Origin: Chrysomallon squamiferum
Lineage: Eukaryota > Animalia > Mollusca
Reading direction: 5' to 3'
NCBI GenBank assembly: GCA_012295275.1
Contig: CM022666.1
Span: forward strand, 11,098,001 to 11,162,000
DNA: 64,000 bases
This document shows positions 54,409 to 64,000 of this stretch, in pieces. Under the pieces are notes generated by a model that did no database searches, was not told where the DNA came from, and saw only the letters and a list, made by a program, of their open reading frames with translations. Position 1 is the first letter of the stretch; each line of letters opens with the position of its first letter. The translations under genes were made by a program, and so were the position numbers.

Positions 54409-57042
54409 AAGAATGCATAAATATTATAATTTTTATAAGAAAACATGGCTCCATATAATATCAGAAAATATTTTTTATCATCATTACCTCTGTTTTGGCT
54501 AGAAAAATCAAAATATAAAAACCAAAACTTACAATATTTTTAGACAATCTAATAACAACCTGTATCAAAAGTGAGACACAGTATAATAATAAAACTTGCA
54601 TGAAAATCTGGAGACAATCTAAAAAGAACAACTTACATTTAAATCTAGAGAGAGCCTAGAAGAGTCTAAATCTACGAAGGAGTGTAACAGCGACATTGGT
54701 TCTGAGTCTAGGACTGTCCCAGCACTGTTCTGTGACACGTTCTTCTCATCCAGCAGATCTGTCAGTCCTAACAGATACACAAGATAAGTCTCAGCTTTTC
54801 TTTTATTAGTAACACATACAAACAGAATTTTTGTGTTTTAAATTATGAGTCATATTAGAGTCTAATATAATTATAACTGCACTGTTTAATTTGATTCATG
54901 GACTTAATTTTGTACTTTTTAATACAACAAAATATTTATTTTGTTTCGTATTGAAAAGTTTGAACTAAATTAAAAGAATAACTTACGCGTGTTTTCTCGT
55001 TTCTCAAGCTGCAGCTGATCTTGCAGTCTGAGTTTTTGTGACTCCAGTAGGTGAATCTGGTCGTGGTGTCGTCGGACTGTGGAATCCATGTACATCTGCA
55101 TTGTGCTGAACTGATGATCTCTGGCAATTTCAGCTTGGTCACGCTCTCTACAAAAAAAAGAAAAAAAAAGAAAAGAATTAAAAATAGGAAGGTTTATATT
55201 CATATATCATCAAAAGTGCTAATTATAAATACTTTTAAAAACAATATTCAGAGGTACAACACACTGATACTTTCCAGTTCCAACAAAGGCTCCAAAACTG
55301 GTTTATTAGTTTCTTAGCTATGGGAATGTGCATTCAAAATAATTCCTTGCTGCAAATGAATAACTTGTTTGTTTTAAACTTTAATATTAAACTGCATGGA
55401 AGTCTCTTTAAACATTTATTTGTTTGTAATGAATATTATTTTGGAAATGCTTTTTCTAATACGCAGAATATTTAGAATAACAAAGATGTTAGGTTCCTGC
55501 ATGCAGTTATTCACCCATTTATATAGTCATTCATTCTTAAAATACTGGCAATTTCTTTCTTTCTTTCTTTTCTTCATTGTTTTCTTGTTTGTTTTACCTC
55601 TGGTCATTTGCCTTCAAGCCCTGAATGGTCAGTTCTGAATTGACTGTTGTGGCCTGCAGCCTGTTGTAAAATTCTTGTTCCATATTTGTCATTTCTTTCT
55701 GAATGCGTGAAATATCTTCTTGTAATGCACGGTTCTCTTGCTGTAAAAATGGGGGGGGAAAAAATAAAATAATAATAATAATAATTAAATAATAATAATA
55801 GTAATAATAATAATTAAAACAGATATAATGATAGTTAAAAAAAAAGGATTTTACATTGTAAACGTCTTTTATTGTAAACATGAACCTACACCATAATACT
55901 GTTTGGTTTTCTCGTATGTAATGCACAACATTAAATAATAATTATTATATTGTATGTATAATATAATTTCATATTGTATGGTTAATGCTCTTGTATAAAA
56001 AGAACATTTATTTTATTTTATTTTGTTTTGTTTTGATTGTATAATAATGATTAATAGTTTGGCAATTTCTCTACCAGTATAATAAACATAACAGTTAATG
56101 ATAGTCTGTTACATTAAGTTATCCAAAGATTAGTAATTTTGTATATGTATGCATGCTTACAGTTTAACAGTGTTTATATACTTTATAGTCAGTAATGTCT
56201 ATCTGTAAATTACCTGTAGTTTAGTAATTTTGTTCAGGTAATCATCATTAATTGTCTGCAGTTGGTGCTCTGCCTCAACACGGTCGAACACATTTCTCAG
56301 TTTATCCATCACGTCATGACGCAGGTGACGATTTTCCACCTGTAGCGACTCAATTTGAGCTTCTGCTACCTGTAACAAAATAAATAAATATGTCAAATAT
56401 CATGCATATACCAGCATAAAATATTAATGCAGAAACAAAGAACACTGTGCAGAACAGATAATATTTCATTCAAATTATCCTATTTTAATCTAGTACATTT
56501 GTGATATTTTTATACCAACACCCATACCAAAATCAAAATTAATAATGGAAAAATAACAACAAAAAACTGTCAGTTTATATATATGTTAAAAAAATAAAAA
56601 AAAGCAAAAAACAGAACAAAAACAAAATTAAAAACTAAATTTAAATTAAGAATTTTTTTTATTTTACCTTCAACTCAGCTGTCTTACTGTTTAGCTGGGT
56701 GCAGTTCTCTGTGAGATTCAGCTCCAAGTTTGAACATTTTTCATTCATCGTTACTACCGCTGACTCACGCTGATGTACTTCAGTTGTCAACTCTGACAGT
56801 TTCAGTTTCATTCCCATCAGCTGAGCCTGGTGACGGTCTTCTGATGTTGACAGTCTGTCAGTCAGCTGGCAGATTATTAAGAATAAATAAACAAACAAAC
56901 AAACAAACAAACAATGAGAACTATCTAACTAATTAAACAAACTAAATAATTTGACTATATTTATGCCAGCTGCAGATCAAGTGTACTTTAAAAATAAATA
57001 AATAAAGAAGTTAGTTAGTAAGTAAGTAAATAAAGAAACAAA

Positions 57043-57085
<43 letters not shown>

Positions 57086-60000
57086 ATGATCTGACTATGT
57101 TTAAACGGGATCAAATAAAATTCAGAATCTAGTAGATATTAACAATACCTATAAAAGAATTTTTGCATCATGAGTCATTAGTTATAAACCGGATCTAATA
57201 ATAGATCTTCAGAAGCTGTTTATTATTGAAGATAAAAAAAATAAGGAAAAAAGTGAAATAATTAAAAAACAAAAAATAAATAACTAAAATAATAATAAAA
57301 AATAATAAATGTTAAAATAATTTCTGACAGTGTGTCTGTCTAACAACAGATATGAAATGAATGTTTCTAAAATAAATTATGTTAGAAACATCTGACATCT
57401 TACGCTGCACAAGTGTTGTAAACTGATATATTTCTACAATCCAGCTTCATGCCACTTTTATCAGCCAAATAGCTCTCATACCTGTCACAAGTGCCACCCA
57501 GATAAAGTTTTCACAAGGTGATTTAATTTTTTGACTTTGTCACTGATGTGTGAAAACATTAAATAAAACCAAATGAATATATGACAATTTATTTTACCTT
57601 CTGAATTTCAGATTTCAGTTGACTTAGTTGAGTATTTTTAATGTAATCCAATTCTTCTTCCTAGAAAAGAAACAACAACACTCATTTTAAATAGAGAAAA
57701 TAAACCATTCAGAAGGCAACAAAGACAAGAAATATAAATAGTTAAAAAAATAATGTCTGCAATAGCATATACAATAAAATGAGGTAATAGATCTAAGGAA
57801 TTTATTTTTTCATCTAAGTGCTTGGGTATTTCTGTTTGCTTTTGTTGTTCAGTTTTTTTTTATCTTAACTCAACATTTAACAAAACAATGTTGTGATGAT
57901 CACTTTACAAAGTTAACAAAATAATGGGAACAACGAAAGGAAGTAATACATCAAGGGAGATTACTTTGTCATGCAGTTGCTTGGTTATTTCTGATAGTCG
58001 GGTATTGGTCAGTTTTAACTTGTTTTCCAACATGGCCACCTCATCCTTCAACTTCTTTTCTTTCCTTCTCAGATCTCTGAATTAAGTAAACAAATTAGAA
58101 ACACTATAAGTAAACATGATAAAATAATTAGCTCATATAGTCACTCAATGTGACATCTTAATTTATCATCTAACTGCAGTAGTAAATCTTATAAATCCAT
58201 TGACCACACAGATGTATACATATGGACATGCATGCATACAAAAACACACATGTATATTGGTCAGTATTTATTAAAGTTTGATTTTGCTTCTATCACAAAA
58301 ACAGAAAGACACACATACACACACAAAATACATATACAGTGTTATCATTAGTAGTGGTGTGGTAGAAGGTAAAGCATTGATAGTTTTTATGGTGAACTTT
58401 ACAGCAATAGTAACCGAAATAACTGTGTAATAATGTTACTGATAGTGACTATCTGTCTTCTACATACTTATGCAGCTAATGCCAACATACATACTCTTCT
58501 TTTTTTTTGAACCAAGCTACATAAATAAACTCAATATTTGTATTTACAAACAACTCATTAAGAAACTGTTTAATATAGAAATAAAAATAAATTTAATATC
58601 AGCAAGAAAATTTACCTAATTTCGGTTCTTGCATCTTGCAGAGATTCTTGTAGACTGGAGACTTTTTCTGACACTTCATGCTGCACACCATTTCCTAGAC
58701 TTCTGACATAAATAATCAAGCAACGTTTTATTTTTTATTTTTAGGTATATAAATTATTAAATGTCTAAATAATTTGATGATTTTGAAGAAAAACAGGAAT
58801 ATAGTTCAATTGTAACAGTAAAATAATGTTTATAAGATCATTAAATAGAATACAATAAAAATATGGACTAAATAAATGAAATAAAAATATGTAAATAAAA
58901 TAAGCAAATAAATGTGTAAGTAAATAAGTAAATAAAATAACTAACTAAGTAAGTAAGTAAGTAGGTAAATAAATAAATAAATAAAGTAAAACTTTTCAAA
59001 AACACAAAATGGTCAAACTAGACATTAATCAAAATATGACTGAAGAAACACATAAATAGAGAAGCTTTTAATATTACATAAAAAAAATCAATTTAGAAAT
59101 TGTAGTTTTCTTATAAAGTGTATAAGCTAATATCACATATAACATTTTACAAAACGGAACAAAAATAATTCTGACCCCAAGATGCAGATATAAGCTATGT
59201 TGAAACTTAGGCAATAACAGTCGAGTATTTATACTTTTTTTAGGTGGGGGGCGCAATGCCATAAGTTCAGCAGCTACTGAAAACTATGAATGCAGTAAAG
59301 TGATATAAACATACTAATATGTTATCAGCTGTTTATCAGTTACATATATCATGAGAAATCCTCATTATTCTAGTTTAAAACTAAATATAACTGTTTTTCA
59401 TATCTGTCAAACAAGCATGTCTGTAAAGATTAGTACAGATAGTATTCTAAAGATATCTCCAGACATTAGAAGATGTTAAAAGGAAACTTACTTGATGACG
59501 TCATCTTTGGCTGCCAGCGTCTGCTCCATGGCAGTCAGTCGCTGGAAGTACTGCTGACAGTCTTCCTGTGCAGCACGCAGCAGTCTGTCGTGTGACTCTA
59601 GATCACTCTCTAGAGAACTCTTCTCTGTCTCTGTAACCTTGGTAACAAAGTAAAGTTATGTTAATTATCTAATGAATGTTGCTGTCTTTGTAATGAAGTA
59701 AAACTATGTTAATTCTAGACATTTTTTTCTTCTGTTTTTGTAGCCTTGGTAACAATGTAAAAAACCTGAAGTAAACTCTCTAGAAAACTCTAGTAGTAGT
59801 GTAGTAATAATACTAGTTTGGTCATAATAATACTAATAACAGTAACTTAATCTGATTATGAAATCTTTTTTGTCAGTCTTTAATTATCTCCCTTGTTAAT
59901 GTAACACTAACATTTTTATTTTTTCAATGAAAATTATATCTAATGCTATTTTGGTCTGATACCATAACATGCATCAATATGCCTGTATGTATGTGTCTGA

Positions 60001-60543
60001 AAATAAATAAATAAATAATTTTAAAAGGAACTTACTCTGAGGTTATGGTTGAGTTTTCTAACATCTTCTAGAAGTGTTTCGTTGTCATTCATTGCACGTT
60101 TGTGAGCTGTGAGAGCTTCATTCAGAGATGTCTTCAACTTGCTTATTTTCTCCTGCTGTTCAGTAAAAATAGTAAATTGCAGTTATATTATCAGTAGATG
60201 TAGATCAGTTTAAACAATAAGTTAAAAAGAATAATGTATTCTACTGATTGAAGTAGTAAAAAGAAAATTAATAATAAGTGGATTTCCTTATCTGAAATGC
60301 TTGAAGCTAAAAACTATTTGTGACTTTCACAATTTTTATTTCATTGTATATGATAGTTTGAGGATTTATATGTTATATAGGCTTTATATTCCTAGCCTGA
60401 AGTTTAATTTTGATTAATTATGAAAGATTTAATTTTTATACACAGATTCAAAAAAGAAAAAAGAAGAAAAAATGAACAGCAACTAAAAAAGGTATGTGCG
60501 TGTGTGTCTTGTGTGTGTGTGTGTGTGTGTGTATAGATACATA

Positions 60544-60624
<81 letters not shown>

Positions 60625-63600
60625 CAGACAGACAGAATATACTTCTAAGACTAAAGTTTAAGGATAAAACAGTAGTAAAATTTACCTGTTGTGAAGCTAC
60701 ATCGTTACTTCTTTCCAGTTGTCCTTCCAACTGAGTAATTTTAGTTTTCAGTGAGAATTCTGTGTCTCCCTGCAACTGTCGTCTACGGCCCAGCTGAGAC
60801 TGATACGTCTGGGACTGCTGCTACAGCAAATAAAATAACAATTATTAACACACACGTTACTGTTTGTCACAGAACACTACACGATTCATTCTGCCTGAAA
60901 CATTAACTGTTCATATAAATTATATAAATATACACATTTATCAAAAATATGTGTAATGTTAACATTTGTTTTTCAAGCAAAACACTGAAGAACTAATGCT
61001 CCTTTTTTTAATATTGGTATAAAATATGTCATATATCAATTTGCACATTTTTCAAACAACACACACACACACATGCACACACCTGTATAAATATTCAGGC
61101 TTATGTAAATGAATACATGTACACAAATCACTCATTTATTTATCACACAATGTATACCTGTATAAAATCACAATGTATACCTGTTCACAATGTATACCTG
61201 TATAAAATCACAATGTATACCTGTTCAAAATGACACACTGTATACCTGTATAAAATCACACTGTATACCTGTTCAAAATGACACACTGTATACCTGTATA
61301 AAATCACATTTGTCTTCAAGTGCTTTCTTCTGAGACCGCAGACATTCTATTTCCTTCTTCATCATTTTCCTCTGCTGCTCCCAGTCCCTAGATTTCTGCT
61401 GATACTCCTAAACAACAATGTATCTCACTGTGTTACATCTACTACTACAATTACTACACCTTAAACAAATTTAATGTGTTTTACAACAACTATTAAAACA
61501 ACACCAACATGATTCTCTTTACAATTGTTTATCATTAAATATTAAATTTTCTAGATGTATCATCATAATTAAATAGTCTAGAACAGTGATTCTGAATGTG
61601 GGGCACATGCTCAACAGGGGAGGAATTTGAAAGTTATATAATACGACCAGTCTTCCAGCTACAGTTTGTCTACATCTTATCATGTATCTAGCAAAACCTA
61701 CTACCAGTTTGCCTAATTTTTAGCTTTGCTTAATTAAAGGAGTTCTACTTTATATTACAGTAATAACAATTTTACACAAATCAGTTTGTTTTTATATCAG
61801 AGGAGGACATACACATTTTTTTAGATGTTGAGTTGGGGCATGGAGGAAAAAAGGTTGGGAACCACTTTTCTAGAATTAATGAACACTAACTAAACTATTA
61901 AGTGTTATGGTATAAATAGAAATAAATGGCTAAAGACTGTTTACCATTAACTAGAATAGTAATTTTATTTTTGATGTGTCTACCATTATCTACAGAATTA
62001 AATTTTGTCAAATTTTCATCACTAAAATAGTAAATTTTCTAGATGTTGCTACAGAATTAAACGTTCTACGTCCAACTACCTCAAGCTGCTCTTTCAGCTT
62101 GGTGATCTCTGACTTGCTTCCATTTATCTCTGACAACACATCTTCTTTAAGTCTGTGACTGTCCTTGGTCTGCTTTGAGTACTTCCTGTACAACTTCTCA
62201 TATTCTTTTTTCATCTTCTGTACCTAAACATTACAATCTAACAACTCAGCAATGGTATTAAGTATCTTTGGTAAACATATTAATACTTATTCTGTAAACA
62301 GGTAAATAGCTTTAGAGTCTATAATTGACATTGTAGAATGTTTGACCGTACCCGATGCAATCATAAATTTAATTTTAACAACTGTACTTACTTAGTGATA
62401 TTCTAACAAACACATCATTATAAGAAAATGTATTTAATAATAGAACCAAATTTACCTTTTAATGATTTTTATCATTTTTTATGAGAGGAATAAGCTTGAA
62501 GGTGGTTTGATATTTGGTAATATATTTGTTAATATATACAATCAAAATTTGTTCAGTTGTGTTTAAATAAATAATTAATTCATTTACCTCTGATCTTAGT
62601 TCTATAAGTTGACCTTCATACTCCTGAACTATTTCCTTCTGCACTTTGTTCATAGACTTCATCTGTTCATGAAGATCTTCATTCTGTCATAATAACAATA
62701 ATATTATTGACCACAACAACAACAATACATTTTCAATCAACAAAAATTAGAAAAAAAAAAAAAAAAAAAAAGCCAGACAGACTTATACAATTGCTTCAGT
62801 TCAGTAAAGATGGGTTAATGATAATTATTATGTTTATTTTGAATAACTGTTTACTCAGACTGGATTCATAGGTGATAGTGACACAGTTTGCAGTTGTAGT
62901 ATTAGTGATGGTGACATAGGTAGTATTAGTTTAGTATTAATACTGGTATTAGTAATAGTAGTGGTGGTGGTAGTTATAGAAATAATAACGGTGATACTGG
63001 TAGTAGTAGCTGTGGTAGTGGTAGTGATAGTAACAGTGAGCGTAGCTGTAGTGGTGATATTGGTAGTGACATTAGCAGTAGGTTAACAAAGTATGAAGAA
63101 CACAACACAACCTCATATAATGTTATTAGTAATATTTGCAACAGATTAACAATGTACACCTTTAACAACATGTATACAAAATAAACTGAGAGGAATTATC
63201 ACCTCTTTATTTTTGAGTTGTAAAGTAGATGTGTTCAGTCGTAGTTCGTGGTCTCTCATTTCAAGTTTGGCTTGCAGAGCCTCCATGTCTCTATCCCATT
63301 CACGTTTTTTTGAACTCAGCATGATGTCAAGTTGTCTCATCAGTTCTTGTAGCTCTGCTTGACACGACTGAGTCAGAGGACCACTTGGTAATCTGATTAC
63401 AAGTAAACAACACACGTTTCACTTTCAAAATGTGTTATTCAGTTAACTAAGTAAGCTGAATTAAATAAATGTAGAGCAATTAAAAACAATAAAAATAAAA
63501 GCAAATGTCATTATTCTTATAAAAAAAGTATTATTCTCTATAACTGCTTAATTTAGAAGATTAACATTAACAAGATGTATGTGTGTTTGTATATATATAT

Positions 63601-63755
63601 ACACACAAATACATATACATAAATGATACATACATACATATACATATACATACATATACATGTTGATGTGTATAATTATTACTGTATAGAACAGAAAGAT
63701 GTACAAACTTTTTCTTCTTCTCAAGCTCAGCCCAAATATTTGTTAACTTTTCCAT
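54052..63755 (-). CDS. CEP63: Centrosomal protein CEP63/DEUP1 family, 17 coding exons, 729 aa
   Basis: Exons 63755-63709, 63392-63203, 62683-62588, 62223-62080, 61407-61294, 60820-60686, 60155-60036, 59637-59492, 58702-58616, 58076-57965, 57660-57598, 56865-56668, 56369-56214, 55740-55598, 55147-54987, 54767-54637, 54198-54052 all join GT-AG with consistent phase (2190 nt including TAA). N-terminal SCQAELQELMRQLDIMLSSKKREW, internal EYQQKSRDWEQQR and C-terminal AAEKFLSGEEERMKEFEKLIDSRIEEMK match CEP63 signatures. Confidence 0.93.
54208..54408. repeat. (AAAT)n tetranucleotide microsatellite in the last CEP63 intron
   Basis: Long aaat run with periodic aaattt interruptions. It serves as the pyrimidine-rich tract on the minus strand. 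Confidence 0.9.
60511..60620. repeat. (GT)n followed by (GA)n microsatellite
   Basis: Directly visible runs. Confidence 0.9.
61146..61308. repeat. Tandem repeat (17-25 bp units, 7 copies) spanning a CEP63 exon end and its splice donor
   Basis: gtatacctg core at 61152, 61175, 61192, 61215, 61240, 61263 and 61288. Confidence 0.92.
61584..61867. mobile_element. Non-autonomous hAT (Charlie-like) MITE, 284 bp
   Basis: Ends CAGTGATTCTGAA and TTGGGAACCACTT (imperfect TIR, 9/13), flanked by 8-bp GTCTAGAA / TTCTAGAA, which fits the NTCTAGAN target preference of Charlie-type hAT elements. Confidence 0.75.
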
Positions 63756-64000
63756 TATGATACTTTACAGAAATCAATACTGAAAAATAATAATAAAAAT
63801 AAAAATACTACTGAATTAATATTTTCTCAGTGAGCTAATAAAACTATTTTATTATTGTAATGATAATGTGAGAAACTAAATAAGAAGACATTTCTAGCCT
63901 ACTGTTTTAATAATCAAAATCTATCACTACCTGACAACACCAATATTTGTTATTAAGAAATAACTGAACAATATCAAGATATAAATGATAACGCAATGAA

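Noticed and set aside
1-64000. CRISPR arrays, operons or other prokaryotic systems
   Set aside because: The DNA is eukaryotic with GT-AG introns. The tandem arrays have no unique spacers, and no cas-like ORFs are present.

Overview
Eukaryotic, AT-rich, microsatellite-rich animal DNA with spliceosomal introns. It is probably molluscan, possibly a gastropod, which is an inference from repeat and protein style. There are no prokaryotic features, and most of the short ORFs in the supplied track are noise. Three genes can be reconstructed by hand. (1) A minus-strand TSC22D/bunched-family gene: a 1.4-kb long-isoform coding exon (47285-45898, with conserved motifs 1 and 2) splices across a 42.8-kb phase-2 intron to a 46-nt TSC-box exon (3128-3083, GSNTVAIDNKIEQAM). 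The leucine-zipper exon lies left of the window. (2) A plus-strand TRIM-like gene with a single coding exon (51036-52040: incomplete RING, B-box, coiled coil), head-to-head with the TSC22 long isoform. (3) A complete 17-coding-exon minus-strand CEP63/DEUP1-family gene (63755-54052, 729 aa). The most interesting signal is inside the TSC22 intron. It holds several short ATG-initiated exons (30537, 25227, 14727, 9991) that all end at a consensus donor in exactly the phase needed to join the shared TSC-box exon. A further TATA-driven phase-0 candidate (619-554) would bypass that exon. The intron also holds perfect nuclear-receptor, CRE and C/EBP sites and candidate antisense exons. All of this is prediction from sequence and needs transcript data.
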